Positions 10,259 through 23,208 of a stretch of 64,000 bases of DNA are shown here, one piece after another. This stretch comes from Candidatus Moraniibacteriota bacterium (GTDB lineage Bacteria > Patescibacteriota > Minisyncoccia > Moranbacterales > DUUL01), in the NCBI GenBank assembly GCA_041583775.1, contig JBFHFF010000001.1, forward strand, positions 158,725 through 222,724, given 5' to 3'. The notes below the pieces were generated by a model. It was given only the letters and a program-made list of their open reading frames with translations. It did no database searches and was not told the DNA's origin. The position numbers and the translations under genes were made by a program. How positions within the stretch are numbered: position 1 is the first letter of the stretch; the number at the start of each line of letters is the position of its first letter.

Positions 10259-11266
10259 TTATGCTTCTTCTTCAAGTTTCTTCTTAATTTGTGCATATAC
10301 AGCTTCTGCAGCCTTCTTATCTTCTCTTAAGAAGTTTTTTGCTGCTTCTCGTCCTTGTCCAATTTTAACTTCACCAAATTGATACCATGATCCAGCTTTT
10401 TTCAAAACCCCATATTTAGCACCAGTATCAACTAAATCCCCTTCTTTTGAAATTCCTTCATTATACATAATATCAAACTCAGCAACTTGAAAAGGTGGTG
10501 CTACTTTATTCTTAACTATCTTAGCTTTGACCCTATTTCCAATAATTACATCTCCTTGCTTTATTTGTGCAGCTCGACGAACTTCAATTCGAACAGATGC
10601 ATAAAATTTCAAAGCATTTCCCCCAGTAGTTGTTTCTGGATTTCCAAAAACAACACCTATCTTCATTCTAATCTGATTAATAAAAATAACTAAAACATTC
10701 GATTTTGCAACAATTCCTGTTAGTTTTCTAAGTGCTTGTGACATCAATCTTGCCTGGAGACCCATATGTGAATCACCCATTTCACCTTCTATTTCAGCTC
10801 TTGGAACAAGCGCTGCAACGGAATCAATAACAATCACATCAACCGCATTAGAACGAACCAGTGTTTCAACAATTTCCAGGGCTTGCTCTCCTGCATCTGG
10901 TTGTGAAATTAATAACTCATCAACATTGACACCTATTTTTTTTGCATAACTAGGATCCAGCGCATGTTCTGCATCAACAAAAGCTGCTGTTCCACCCTCT
11001 TTTTGAGCATTCGCAATTACATGTAAAGATAGTGTAGTTTTACCAGAAGACTCTGGGCCGTAAATCTCAATAATTCTCCCTCTGGGAACACCACCGATTC
11101 CGAGAGCTATATCGAGAGACGGGGAACCAGTTGAAATTGCAGCAACATCAACTTTTTTTACCTCTCCTAACTTCATAATTGAGCCTTCACCAAACCGTTC
11201 CTTGATTTCATTCATAACATCCCCAATAATTTTTCCCCCTTCTTTTTTCTTTTCTGCTTTTTTCAT
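10259..11266 (-). CDS. recA: Recombinase A
   Basis: [27 protein letters not shown]. Confidence 0.99.
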   Translation of the reverse strand: MKKAEKKKEGGKIIGDVMNEIKERFGEGSIMKLGEVKKVDVAAISTGSPSLDIALGIGGVPRGRIIEIYGPESSGKTTLSLHVIANAQKEGGTAAFVDAEHALDPSYAKKIGVNVDELLISQPDAGEQALEIVETLVRSNAVDVIVIDSVAALVPRAEIEGEMGDSHMGLQARLMSQALRKLTGIVAKSNVLVIFINQIRMKIGVVFGNPETTTGGNALKFYASVRIEVRRAAQIKQGDVIIGNRVKAKIVKNKVAPPFQVAEFDIMYNEGISKEGDLVDTGAKYGVLKKAGSWYQFGEVKIGQGREAAKNFLREDKKAAEAVYAQIKKKLEEEA

Positions 11267-11306
11267 TCTTGTTTTTTTATCTTCTTATGTTATTTTTTCT
11301 AATTTT

Positions 11307-12368
11307 TTAGATTTTTTCTATATTGTCTTCTTGCTCATTCTCTAAACTACTTTCTTCCAATTGAACGGTTTGACTATCTGGTGTGAATATTACATCCCGA
11401 ATAGTTCCACTTTCTTCACTCAAAACCCCTAAATCTTGACCATTTAATTTAATCAAAACTTGATCTGCTTTTCCGGCTGTTACAGAAATATTTTCTTTTC
11501 CTTCAAAAAGCTGAATAGCACCAGGTAGCATTGTTCCATTTTGAATATTTTTACCATCCACTGTAACCAAGACCCAGGTAGAAAAATCTTTAATCTTGAT
11601 TTCCAATTTTACTGATTCCCTTATTTTTTCATCTTGAGCTCCCATCACTTGCCCAACTGAATTTTCTTGAGCTATATCTGTTTCATAATTAGCTGAAACA
11701 TTTATTTTTTTTGTATCTTCATTTAAAAAGCGATTAGTAGCATTTACCTCAATCTCGTTTACCCCATTTTGCAAACTAACCGTCTCCTTGAATTCACCCT
11801 CATCATTAACAAAAACTGGCTGTCCATTAATTCTAATCTTACCATCCTTATCTGTAATACCGACAACCTCGACAGAACTACCTTCTATTGAAAAATTATC
11901 CGCGGGTTGCAACACAACCAATCTAGGTGCCTTAGAAAACTCACCAACCTCCCTATAAAAATATATTCCCCCTGAAAATACAAGTAGTGCAAAAAATAGA
12001 CTAGCTAATACCTTAGGAGTAAATACTATAGTTGGCAATTCAAATTTCTTTTTTTCTTTTATATCATTCTTTAAACCAGATTGACTCTTTCGCATGCTTC
12101 TTTGAATTCCTCTCTCTCTCTTATATAATTTCATCACATCAGCAGGTTCAATTCCTAGATATTCTGCGTAGCTATTAAGAAAACCCCTGACATAAACATC
12201 AGGTGGCAATTTATCGAAACGCCCCTCTTCCAACATTTCCAAGTAAAACTTTCTAATCTTTGTGTTTTTAGCTATTTCACTCAAAGAAACATTTGCTTTT
12301 TCCCTGACTTGTTTTAGTTTTTCCCCTAAAGTATGAGATTTTACCTTTTTCTTTTTAAATTCTATCAT
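11307..12368 (-). CDS. RodZ-like protein (HTH, TM, Ig-like domain, DUF4115-like C-terminus)
   Basis: LGEKLKQVRE...LEEGRFDKLPPDVYVRGFLNSYAEYLG HTH; single TM; beta-rich extracellular part. Confidence 0.85.
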   Translation of the reverse strand: MIEFKKKKVKSHTLGEKLKQVREKANVSLSEIAKNTKIRKFYLEMLEEGRFDKLPPDVYVRGFLNSYAEYLGIEPADVMKLYKRERGIQRSMRKSQSGLKNDIKEKKKFELPTIVFTPKVLASLFFALLVFSGGIYFYREVGEFSKAPRLVVLQPADNFSIEGSSVEVVGITDKDGKIRINGQPVFVNDEGEFKETVSLQNGVNEIEVNATNRFLNEDTKKINVSANYETDIAQENSVGQVMGAQDEKIRESVKLEIKIKDFSTWVLVTVDGKNIQNGTMLPGAIQLFEGKENISVTAGKADQVLIKLNGQDLGVLSEESGTIRDVIFTPDSQTVQLEESSLENEQEDNIEKI

Positions 12369-12575
12369 CAGTTACCTTTATATTTGCTTTCGGATACTAA
12401 AAAATTTAACAAAATTAGCAATTGAACACTATTTGATTGCTTTTTTGTCAGTTCTCTTGCTCTTAGAATATATCATTTGATATGTTTTGTAAACTTTATA
12501 TTTTCAATCTTTTTCTCTTTTTAAAATTATAAAAAAAGCTTTTTACGAATATTAAAAACCCATTAAAAGTATTCT

Positions 12576-13808
<1,233 letters not shown>

Positions 13809-13860
13809 TTATTGATTCATTCCCTCTCATTATCCAGTTTTATAGCTCTTTGTCAACAAA

Positions 13861-15771
13861 TTATTGACTGGGCAAAATTGTGATATCAACATCCTTTATT
13901 TGTGACAATTCCAATTCCCTAAAATCATAAGAAACATCATTCCCAGAAAAAGTATCGACTGCTGTAGTCTTTAAATCATTAAGAATAAAAACTCTTCTAT
14001 CAAGTTGATTTGCTGATGGAATGATTCCTACTTGAAAAGCATACACTTTTGTAGGAGAAATAAAGCCTGTTCCTGCCTCCAAAGATCCAATCACCAATTT
14101 CATTTCATTTGTCCTTGAATTAAACTCCATTCCAGCATCACCCGGGATATATTTATCTTTCCAAATAATTCCAGAAGGAAATTTCGTTGTTAAAATTACA
14201 TTTTTAAGATCATTTGATGTATTTTTTATCTTGAAATAAACAGTAAATGTTGTCTCCTTGCCAACCACAAGAGGTGTTGGCCCACTATTTGGCAATTCCT
14301 CGCTATCATATGCCCCTTCCACTTCTATAAGCAATTTTGAATTAATTGAAACCTTTTTAACAGCTGATCTAATTTTCTTGTTTTGCCACAAAGGAGAATC
14401 AATGTCTAAACTTTCAAGTTCCGTGTAAGCACTGACAAAAAAATTCTTATCACTCTCATTAGTCATTGGAACTTCAGGAATAATTGGTAGTTCCACTCTA
14501 ACAATTCCCTCTTCTCCAGGCATCAGTAGTTTCAGTTCTGGCACTTGAGATGCCTTCCAAATTATAGTATTGTTTTCACTGTCATAATATCCCTGTGAGA
14601 CAAGTACTTTATCTTTTAGGATAACTCTTGAATCAAGATGCTGAACTAAAATAAGATCTCTTAAAGGAACTTCAGAGGTGTTCTTAAATCGAATATTTAA
14701 CTTTATTTCTCCCCCAGGATAGACACTGTCACTAGAAACTTCCTGTTTAATCTCTACCCTACTTGAAATCATCTTCATAACACCTTCGTTTTCAGTAAAA
14801 ACAAGCATTTCATTATCCGTCCTTCTTTGTCCCAACTCTGCTTTAAAACTTTTCAGAGCATCTGGCACTCCTTCAATCACTCCATCTATTCCAATTTTAA
14901 ACTGCTCCTTGCCGCCAAACTTTTCGAGTTGCCAAACACTTTTATCACGAAAAGGACTTGGCTCGCTAGCTTCAAAGGTAAATCCTTCTGGATAGTCCAA
15001 TTTTAATTCTAGATTTTCAAACTCCATTTCGCTATTGTTTTTAATAATCGCATCTAAATGGACAGTTTCTCCACTTGCAGCACTCTTGACCGGAATTAAA
15101 GTAATCGAAATTGGAGATGACTTAATAACAATGCTTTTTTGATCAGACTTTTCGAATAAACTACTGAAATTAGTTGGTTGATATCGAACTGTACTATTTA
15201 GAAACACCTGACGATCTCTTGGTCCGAAAGGTTTAAAAATCACTTCATATTCTTTTTTTTCTCTCGCTTTTACATCTCCAATCGTAATCCTGGATGCTTT
15301 AAATCCCTCTTTTTGAATATATGGTTTTTCTTGAATAACCATACTCTCTGAATAATTCAAATCTATTTTCACATTTTGCAAAGCAACTCGATTAAAATTT
15401 TCAATTCTAATGGTATAGACTGCATCTTCCGCGCTCCTAACTTCTTCTGGCCCAGAGATGCTTATCTCTACTTTCTCTTCAAGAAAAGAACCACCTATAA
15501 ATTTAAAATAAAGAAAAACTACAGCAAAAATGGCCAGTAAGATCAATAAAAACATACCTCCAAAAACAAGCATCTTTCTTTTTTGAATTTCTTGCTGTTC
15601 TTCAGTGACATCTCTTTTCCCTTGAGTTTTTACAATCGCCTCTTCAACGGTTTCAAATCCGTCTTTTGCTTGATTTATATCACTAGCATCATAAACATCC
15701 TCGTCTAACTCTCTATTTTTGAGCTCATCCTTTTTTTTATAAAGTTTTTTCGAAAGATCTTCTAAAGCCAT
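13861..15771 (-). CDS. Membrane-anchored multi-Ig-like surface protein
   Basis: Single TM followed by repeated beta-sandwich units (YTIRIEN, IIKNNS, IRFKNTS, FKIKNTS). Confidence 0.7.
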   Translation of the reverse strand: MALEDLSKKLYKKKDELKNRELDEDVYDASDINQAKDGFETVEEAIVKTQGKRDVTEEQQEIQKRKMLVFGGMFLLILLAIFAVVFLYFKFIGGSFLEEKVEISISGPEEVRSAEDAVYTIRIENFNRVALQNVKIDLNYSESMVIQEKPYIQKEGFKASRITIGDVKAREKKEYEVIFKPFGPRDRQVFLNSTVRYQPTNFSSLFEKSDQKSIVIKSSPISITLIPVKSAASGETVHLDAIIKNNSEMEFENLELKLDYPEGFTFEASEPSPFRDKSVWQLEKFGGKEQFKIGIDGVIEGVPDALKSFKAELGQRRTDNEMLVFTENEGVMKMISSRVEIKQEVSSDSVYPGGEIKLNIRFKNTSEVPLRDLILVQHLDSRVILKDKVLVSQGYYDSENNTIIWKASQVPELKLLMPGEEGIVRVELPIIPEVPMTNESDKNFFVSAYTELESLDIDSPLWQNKKIRSAVKKVSINSKLLIEVEGAYDSEELPNSGPTPLVVGKETTFTVYFKIKNTSNDLKNVILTTKFPSGIIWKDKYIPGDAGMEFNSRTNEMKLVIGSLEAGTGFISPTKVYAFQVGIIPSANQLDRRVFILNDLKTTAVDTFSGNDVSYDFRELELSQIKDVDITILPSQ

Positions 15772-15849
15772 TTTATTTTTATTTTAATTTTAGTTCTATT
15801 TTCATCATTTTGTTTGCTAATTATAGCATAAAAACAATTTGCCCAAAAG

Positions 15850-16596
15850 TTAAAATATTATTTTACCTTCTGTCATATAAGAAAGAATATATTTAGTAAT
15901 ATAAAAAAGTTCTGCTAAGGTTTTTTCTTGCACTTTGATTTTCTTTAGTACCCCTTGATCTTCTTTTAAAAAAATTCGTAGCAACTTAACTGCATCTGCA
16001 CTTATATAAAAAGAGTTACTTTCTTTGTCACCAAAACAGTCTTGGCACTTCAAGCCAGTTGGAACTGAGAAGATAAATTTGTCATCTTGTTTTATTTTTT
16101 TTCTACAATCCACGCAGTGATATAAAGAAGGTACTGCTCCAAGCCAAGCAATTCCCTTCCAAAACAAAGCCAATTGAGCAAAAGAAATTTTTTGTTTGTC
16201 ATTTATTTCTTTATTGATTTTCGAATTTTCGACAATGTCCAGAAAGGAAGAAAATGCCATGTAAATATCTTCACATTTTTCACCTTCCAATAAAAGCTTG
16301 TTTAATATTCTTATGGTTCTGCGAACCAGAATTATCTTCTCATAGTCTTTTTTTATTTCTTGATACTGATCGTCTATTAAAACGCCTGTCACTCTATCCA
16401 AGCCTCGACATTTTATCATAAACAACTCGCTCTTAGTTAAAGAATCTAGTCCTGATGCAAGCTTGGCTTTTGGTTTTCTTGTTCCAACTCCAATAACACT
16501 GATTTTTCCCCTCTCTTTGGAAAAAATAGTGTAAATTCTGTCATATTCTCGACATTCTTTAGCGTCCAAGATGATGGCCTCAGTTTTGTAGCTCAT
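15850..16596 (-). CDS. recO: DNA repair protein RecO
   Basis: TEAIIL...EYDRIYTIFSKERGKI...GTRKPKAKL; CxxC...CxxC zinc finger. Confidence 0.93.
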   Translation of the reverse strand: MSYKTEAIILDAKECREYDRIYTIFSKERGKISVIGVGTRKPKAKLASGLDSLTKSELFMIKCRGLDRVTGVLIDDQYQEIKKDYEKIILVRRTIRILNKLLLEGEKCEDIYMAFSSFLDIVENSKINKEINDKQKISFAQLALFWKGIAWLGAVPSLYHCVDCRKKIKQDDKFIFSVPTGLKCQDCFGDKESNSFYISADAVKLLRIFLKEDQGVLKKIKVQEKTLAELFYITKYILSYMTEGKIIF

Positions 16597-16792
16597 AGCT
16601 ATTAATTAATAAAACAATTTAATTATAACAGGTTCTTTGGAATTTGATATTAAGAAAATATATCAATAAATTACCTGAATTGTATAAAACCACTTTATTC
16701 TATATAATAAAAATATTGAAATAATTGACCTTCTTAGCTTAAATGCAAAAAAAGAAGCTCGTCATTGCATTTTTAAACTTCATTACGCTGTT

Positions 16793-17947
16793 ATGCAAAA
16801 AATACTTTTTCTAAATTATGAATATCCGCCACTTGGTGGGGGTGCAGCAAATGCAACAATGAATCTTTTGAAAGAATATTCCAAGCACAATGATATAGAA
16901 GTTGATCTAGTAACATCAGCAATAGGAAATGAAAAAGAAATAGAAAGAATTGGGAATAATATCACAATATATCGCCTTCCTATCGGGAAAAATCCAGATA
17001 AATTAGATTTTCAATCTCAAAAAGATTTGTTAGTCTATTCTTGGCGTGCCTATTTTTTCTCTAGAAAGTTAGTTCAGAAGAAGAAATATGATCTAACTCA
17101 CAGTTTTTTTACTGTTCCTTGTGGCTTTCTGTCTTTTCTTTTGAAATTAGAATTTAAAATCCCTTATATTGTTTCTTTGCGAGGGTCAGATGTTCCTGGA
17201 TATAACGACCGCTTCAATTTTATCTATACATTTATCCGCCCTTTGGCTTGTTTAATTTGGAGCAAAGCAAATTTCTCAATTAGCAACAGCAAGGATCTAA
17301 CCAGTCTTGCCCAAAAAAGCTCTCCTCTTCAAAATTTCCGAGAAATACCAAATGGTGTCGACACCAACTATTACACTCCAGGAAAAAGAACTATTAGGGA
17401 TAAAGAAAAAGAGTTTATAATATTATGTGCTGCTCGTCTAACCAAGAGAAAAGGATTTAATTATGCAATCTCAGCATTTTCAAAAATTGAACAAAAATAT
17501 CCTTGGGCAAAAATGATCCTCGCTGGTGGTGAAGGAAATGCAATGGCAGAACTAAAAGAACAGACGAAAAAATTGAAACTTGAAAAAAAAATTACATTCA
17601 CAGGAAATTATACGAAAAAAGAAGCCCCTGGGATTTATCACAAAGCAGATGTTTTTGTGATGCCGTCTCTTAACGAAGGAATGAGTAATAACCTTTTAGA
17701 GGCCATGTCAGCTGGGTTGCCGGTGTTAATGACATCAACTGGCGGAGCCGAAGAATTGGTAAATGAAAAAGAAAATGGGTTTATCATAAAAATGAAGGAT
17801 GCCAATGATATTGCAAAAAAACTTAGCCTCTTAATTGCAAACCCAGAAGAATGTTCTCGCCTTGGTCAAAATAGTAGAAAAATTGCAACCGCTATGAGCT
17901 GGTCTCGGGTAGCAGAAAAATACCTCAACTTCTATCAGAAAATTTAA
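16793..17947 (+). CDS. Glycosyltransferase family 4
   Basis: YPPLGGG, IPNGVD, FVMPSLNEGMSNNLLEAM. Confidence 0.93.
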   Translation: MQKILFLNYEYPPLGGGAANATMNLLKEYSKHNDIEVDLVTSAIGNEKEIERIGNNITIYRLPIGKNPDKLDFQSQKDLLVYSWRAYFFSRKLVQKKKYDLTHSFFTVPCGFLSFLLKLEFKIPYIVSLRGSDVPGYNDRFNFIYTFIRPLACLIWSKANFSISNSKDLTSLAQKSSPLQNFREIPNGVDTNYYTPGKRTIRDKEKEFIILCAARLTKRKGFNYAISAFSKIEQKYPWAKMILAGGEGNAMAELKEQTKKLKLEKKITFTGNYTKKEAPGIYHKADVFVMPSLNEGMSNNLLEAMSAGLPVLMTSTGGAEELVNEKENGFIIKMKDANDIAKKLSLLIANPEECSRLGQNSRKIATAMSWSRVAEKYLNFYQKI

Positions 17948-18891
17948 TGAACAAAAAAAATCTTGTTAAGTTTGCAAAAATAGTTGTAAGCGCCTCTCTC
18001 GTTGTGTGGCTAATTCTTTCCATAAACTGGGAAGATGTTATTTCGACAATCTACCAAGTTAAGATTGTTTTTCTTTTTTGGTTTCTCTTTTTTTATCTAA
18101 CAGGAATAGTTATTTCTGCTCGTAAATGGGAAATCATTTCTCGTTTTGAAGGATTTTCCTTTTCCTCTTTATTCTTTATCAAGACTTATTTATTTGGCAC
18201 GCTCTTAAACAATTTTTTTCCATCTGTTATAGGTGGTGACACTTTCAGGTCATATGAACTCGGAAAACCAACTAAAAAATTCAAAGAAAGCTCAAGTACG
18301 GTCATAGTTGATAGGATTACAGGACTTCTAAGTTTATTATTTCTGTCTGTCTTATTTGGACTTGTAAATATCTTTATTCAAAAACAATATGGTATTTATC
18401 TCTACATAATAGGATCTATGTTAATGCTTTTGATTTTTTCGTTGCTTTTTATTTTATATTTTCACAATAACAAACTCCAATATTTATTAAAGTTTCTTCC
18501 TGTCGTAATCAAAGATTATTTCCATAAAATAATTTCCTACCGCAAACCAGAAATCGCTATTAAATCTATTTTATGGTCAATTATTTTTTCTTTTGTTGGT
18601 TTAGCTGCTGCAAATTATGTCTTATTTTTATCCGTAGGCATCGAACTTGGATGGTTGAATTATCTTAGTGTTATTTTTTTTGTAAGCGTAGCTTCTTCGA
18701 TTCCTATTAGTATTGGAAATATTGGAGTGAAAGAGTGGGCATACATTACTTTTTTTGGAATTTTTGGCGTCACTTCCAGTACTGCCATTGTGGTGGTTTT
18801 GCTCAGCAGAACGATTCAACTACTAGCTGGGTTATTTGTCTTACCCCTATATTTAAAAGATTTTAAAACAAAAAAACTCTCTCGTAATTAG
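17947..18891 (+). CDS. Lysylphosphatidylglycerol synthase TM-like (UPF0104) flippase
   Basis: NNFFPSVIGGD, DR, IPISIGNIGVKE, SR motifs; multi-TM; coupled to the GT4 gene. Confidence 0.88.
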   Translation: MNKKNLVKFAKIVVSASLVVWLILSINWEDVISTIYQVKIVFLFWFLFFYLTGIVISARKWEIISRFEGFSFSSLFFIKTYLFGTLLNNFFPSVIGGDTFRSYELGKPTKKFKESSSTVIVDRITGLLSLLFLSVLFGLVNIFIQKQYGIYLYIIGSMLMLLIFSLLFILYFHNNKLQYLLKFLPVVIKDYFHKIISYRKPEIAIKSILWSIIFSFVGLAAANYVLFLSVGIELGWLNYLSVIFFVSVASSIPISIGNIGVKEWAYITFFGIFGVTSSTAIVVVLLSRTIQLLAGLFVLPLYLKDFKTKKLSRN

Positions 18892-18924
18892 AGAGTTTTT
18901 TATAAAGCAAACAAATTTTCGCTC

Positions 18925-21207
18925 TTAATTCTCTTTCTCATACACAACTACCGCATCTCCATCAATAACTCTAATAAAATTTTCTTTTCTGTTTCCTGGA
19001 GTAATTTCAAACAAAAAATCTGGCGTTTCATATAAACGATCAAGTCTGAAGTTATAGTTTTTGTTTCCGCTTAATCTATGTAATATTGTGCGTGTTGAGC
19101 GTTCTTTGCGACCATTTGAAATAATATAATAATCAAAATATGGGCCCTCTTTGATAAATTTAGAACGACTAATTGTACTAGTACACTTACCTACGAACAA
19201 AGCACAGACACCATCATTGTCTGACCAAACATTAAGTTTTTGCGCATCAGGCATTGAGTTAAGAAATTCCGCTGCCTTATAGTTTCCATCACCCATATCT
19301 TTTGGATTAATAATAAAGGGTTCTGGTAGAAGCTCACTATTATAACTAAAAAAGAAAGGTTTAATATTCCATAAAGTAAAAATTTGGAAAATTATCACTA
19401 ATAAAATTGCTCCCCCGGAAAATACTTTTTTTTGATATTTGCTTTTTTTGAAAAATTGCTCAGCCAAGGTTTCTGCCAACCAAATAATTCCGATTCCAGA
19501 AAGCACAAATGCAAGCGGATAAATAATTATTTGATAGCGAATGATTGGACCAACCAAACTATATCCAGAGCCTGCATAATAAATAATACAAAAAAGACTG
19601 ATTTGCCAAAAGACGATAACTCTCCAAGAGATATTCTTTTTTAGTATATTCCAGATTGACAAGAAGAGACCAGACAATAGTCCAAGCGAAGCTACTGGTG
19701 ATATAGAAAATAACAAAACATAGAAACCTGCAAGGAAAGCTTGTATAGAGCCGAAAGAAGCATCTCTCCAATATGATTTTGGGGAAGATAATCCGGCTTG
19801 AAAATCAATCACCGACATTCCTTGATAGGTATTCCAAAAAGCAAATAAACTAGCTAAAAGAAAAGTTATTGGAACAAATAATAAAATCAAAAAACGGAAT
19901 TTTCTTTTTATCTCAAGTATCCAACCAATAATACGGGATTTCAAAAATATCAAATCAGCGATGACAAAGGCGATAAAAAGCACAAAAAATTTCCAAATTG
20001 GCAAAAAAGGTTCACTCCAAATCGTGCCAATTAATATCCTATCTAATTTAACCCAGGTACCCGGATAAAAAATATAAAAAACTGTGATTGCAATAAAAAT
20101 TAAAGTTGCATAATCAAGTAATTTTTCACGAATAAAAGTTGCTATCTTCTTATCTTTTTTTTCTTTCAAAATAAAACTTGTAAAAATAGAAAAGAAAAAG
20201 AAAATAATAAGTAAATTGGAAATATATTTAGTCAACAATCCCAATCCCAAAAAAATTCCACTTAGATATAACCAAAAAAGACTACTTTTTCTGTCATATA
20301 CCAAATAACAAAGCAAGGAAAGTGGCATAAAAACATAAATAAGCGCATCTGGATTTATAATTTGACTTATCCCTATTAAAATTGGCGATAAAGCAATAAA
20401 CGCTGTTGCAGCAAGTGCCGTTCTTGTTTCTGTGAGTTTTTTAATAACAAAAAAGAAAACTAGTAATATTAGCGTATCAAAAATAACCACTGGTAAACGC
20501 ATTACAAAAAGCATATGCAAAAGAGCTTGTTTGTTATATGCATTGTTAAAAAATTCAGAAGGAGTTTCCCAGATGAGTCCAATGCCAGAAATAATAGCTA
20601 GTGTGACTCCCGGTTTATCACTTGGACGCGTTTTGATCCAATCTCGAGCTTTCACATTTTTCCAATAATCTTCAATGCGATTTTCGCCACTATAAGTCCA
20701 AAGTCTTTCATCTGAATAAGCTTCTTTGTCTAAATCAAAAATACTAAATAAAAAATGAACAGAAATAACAGTCGTCAAAAAAATTGCCACAAACATAAGA
20801 ACCGTTTTTTTTGATTCAGTTTTGTTCTCAATAACAAGTTCTTTCTTTTTTTTATTATTTTTTTTATGTCTTTTGATTATCAACGAATATCCCAATGCAA
20901 AAATCCAAACTGCAATCAGAATATTAAAAACATAGTGCATCCCTGGCTCAGTTTGAGTGCCAACTAGAAGAGCAATTTCTGGAGCCAGTGTAAAAAGAAA
21001 AAATCTTTTTGTTGTTATTTTTTTTTCTTCCCAAAAAAAAATTAGTGCTGCCAAAGAAACAGCAAAAGCAAAATAGAAGATAATAAAATAAGATTCAAAA
21101 AATCGATGATATAAATTCTTGAAATTTTCACTTGAAATCAAAACGCTACTGACAAAAAAAATCCAAGCGGAAATGGTTGGAAGTTTTTTGTTATAATTAA
21201 ATTTCAT
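18925..21207 (-). CDS. GT-C fold (ArnT/PMT-like) glycosyltransferase
   Basis: SDE, DKPG, R-L, PD, GLGLLTK, RY motifs; many TMs. Confidence 0.8.
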   Translation of the reverse strand: MKFNYNKKLPTISAWIFFVSSVLISSENFKNLYHRFFESYFIIFYFAFAVSLAALIFFWEEKKITTKRFFLFTLAPEIALLVGTQTEPGMHYVFNILIAVWIFALGYSLIIKRHKKNNKKKKELVIENKTESKKTVLMFVAIFLTTVISVHFLFSIFDLDKEAYSDERLWTYSGENRIEDYWKNVKARDWIKTRPSDKPGVTLAIISGIGLIWETPSEFFNNAYNKQALLHMLFVMRLPVVIFDTLILLVFFFVIKKLTETRTALAATAFIALSPILIGISQIINPDALIYVFMPLSLLCYLVYDRKSSLFWLYLSGIFLGLGLLTKYISNLLIIFFFFSIFTSFILKEKKDKKIATFIREKLLDYATLIFIAITVFYIFYPGTWVKLDRILIGTIWSEPFLPIWKFFVLFIAFVIADLIFLKSRIIGWILEIKRKFRFLILLFVPITFLLASLFAFWNTYQGMSVIDFQAGLSSPKSYWRDASFGSIQAFLAGFYVLLFSISPVASLGLLSGLFLSIWNILKKNISWRVIVFWQISLFCIIYYAGSGYSLVGPIIRYQIIIYPLAFVLSGIGIIWLAETLAEQFFKKSKYQKKVFSGGAILLVIIFQIFTLWNIKPFFFSYNSELLPEPFIINPKDMGDGNYKAAEFLNSMPDAQKLNVWSDNDGVCALFVGKCTSTISRSKFIKEGPYFDYYIISNGRKERSTRTILHRLSGNKNYNFRLDRLYETPDFLFEITPGNRKENFIRVIDGDAVVVYEKEN

Positions 21208-21386
21208 ATTTCTTCTTAATTTATTACTCTTTTATTATATCTAGTTTGTGTAAATAAAGAAAGAGTTGGTTTTTAGTTTCTTTTTATTTAAATATTTTTC
21301 TTTTTTACAAAATAAAAAACCAATCACATATGTTTTAGAAAACTTTAATGTGACTGGTTTATCTTCTTAATGTTTTGAGATGATTT

Positions 21387-22181
21387 TCAACCAACGCTAT
21401 CTATATCAGCATAAATAGCATCAATAACTTCTTGCCTAGTTTTTCCACCCTTTGGCTCACGGATAGGTCTTCCGATAATGAAGCCTCTCACACCATTTTG
21501 ATAAGCTTCGCCTGGAGACATTGTCCTTTTTTGATCATCAGGTGGATCCCATGGCATCCTGATTCCTGGCGACCAGATTTCTTTATTCGGAAATTCTGCA
21601 TTGAGGCAACGAGCCTCCTGTGCTGAAGTCAATAATATATCCACACCCGCATTTACAGACATCTGCGCGAGTTTTATTGTAAACCAACGCATCTTTTCTG
21701 CATTGGAATCAAAAGTCATTCCAGGAGGAGGCTGTATCCCGGCTTTTTGAAGCTGTGGAATATCCATGCTGGTGAGATAATGAACGGAAATAATTCTGGG
21801 CGGTTTGATGCCAAGACTTTTAGCCTGTTCGTCCCTTCCTTGAACAGCTCTGGCCATCATTTTTTCCATACCAAGAGCCATCACATTAAAATAATCCATT
21901 CCATTCAATGCCTGCTTTGTTATACCTTTGGCGGCACCAAAAATTGTTTCTGGGATGTCGATCAACTTAACATCAGCAAAACATCTCATCCCGAAATCTT
22001 CCGCCACATTAATTGCCATAGGAAGTGTAACATTGTTAATGATTTCCAAACCAAACTTTGGCATTGTGATTGAGTGATGAACCTCCTCCATAAGAGAATA
22101 TGCTTCTCTCAGTGTTGGAACATCGACTGGGAAGATTATTTTTACATCATCGCGTGATTTATTTTTCGATCTTGATTCCAT
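21387..22181 (-). CDS. pyrF: Orotidine-5'-phosphate decarboxylase
   Basis: DVKLIDIPET (DxKxxD), SPGIR, DDQKR, IIGRPI; SD AAGGAG before ATG 22181. Confidence 0.9.
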   Translation of the reverse strand: MESRSKNKSRDDVKIIFPVDVPTLREAYSLMEEVHHSITMPKFGLEIINNVTLPMAINVAEDFGMRCFADVKLIDIPETIFGAAKGITKQALNGMDYFNVMALGMEKMMARAVQGRDEQAKSLGIKPPRIISVHYLTSMDIPQLQKAGIQPPPGMTFDSNAEKMRWFTIKLAQMSVNAGVDILLTSAQEARCLNAEFPNKEIWSPGIRMPWDPPDDQKRTMSPGEAYQNGVRGFIIGRPIREPKGGKTRQEVIDAIYADIDSVG

Positions 22182-22218
22182 TTTCAATCTCCTTCTAGTT
22201 TTGGTTGTGGAAAAAATC

Positions 22219-23016
22219 TTAATTTTTTACTTCACCCGTTATCCAAGTATGGAAATCTGGGGATTCTCTTTTCATTTTTGAAAGAAATTCTCCCCCATGA
22301 CCGATACTTGTGTTTATTTCCCTCCCTTTTTTACAAAAAGGACAATACTCTCTTGGGTCAGCCCCTTCTAGCACACTATAGTTCTTTGCTTCCACCGAGA
22401 TCAACGCATCAGTGTAGTCTGCTTTAAATTTTTCTCCCAAAACAAACAAACCAGGATTTTTATCACTTAAGCGGTCGCAAACAACGAAACACACCAATTC
22501 ACAAACACCAGAATTTCGGATAAACTCTCCGCAACGAACCAAACTTCCTCCGGTATTTATTACATCTTCCACTAGAATGATATTTTTTCCCCTAACTTTC
22601 TCCTTGGCATTCTTGTACCAAAAGAAACTACCATTTTCACCTTTTATCAGTTTGAGATTCAGAATCTCTCTTTCCGAAAAAAATGAATAGAAAAGCGCCA
22701 CTTGCGAAGCCAATATATCAGCTCCAAATGGCACTCCGACAATAACATCTGGTTCAAGTCTTGAGATGTGAATCTCATAGGCCATTCTCATTGCAACTGG
22801 GATTAATTCTGCAACATTAAGAGCTTTGATATTCACATAAATATCACCATGCCCTCCTTTTGTATAAACAAAGTGACCATCTCTGACAAAGACCTCTTTG
22901 CGTGTTAAATACTCCTCGATACCGCCTCGCTTCTGCTGAGCAACGATACACCTCCAGGCCAAATATCTTGTTGCAACTGAAAAAGCTCTCTCTAAAATTT
23001 CTCGTGGTTTTCGCAT
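22219..23016 (-). CDS. pyrE: Orotate phosphoribosyltransferase-like type I PRTase
   Basis: GHFVYTKGGHGDIYVN; LVEDVINTGGS PRPP motif; directly upstream of pyrF. Confidence 0.75.
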   Translation of the reverse strand: MRKPREILERAFSVATRYLAWRCIVAQQKRGGIEEYLTRKEVFVRDGHFVYTKGGHGDIYVNIKALNVAELIPVAMRMAYEIHISRLEPDVIVGVPFGADILASQVALFYSFFSEREILNLKLIKGENGSFFWYKNAKEKVRGKNIILVEDVINTGGSLVRCGEFIRNSGVCELVCFVVCDRLSDKNPGLFVLGEKFKADYTDALISVEAKNYSVLEGADPREYCPFCKKGREINTSIGHGGEFLSKMKRESPDFHTWITGEVKN

Positions 23017-23208
23017 CTACAATCCTCCTAGATAAATTTTATAAAATCATTCTATTTATACAACTTCCACTAGAGAACATTTCTCTTTTATGCTTTTTAA
23101 AGATAAAGTTTTTGCTATAACCTCCTTCAGTTTTTGTGAAACTAAGAAAAAAACGAATCTTAATTAATTCGTTTCCAAATGTAAAAGAACTTTTTTTATT
23201 TCAGTACC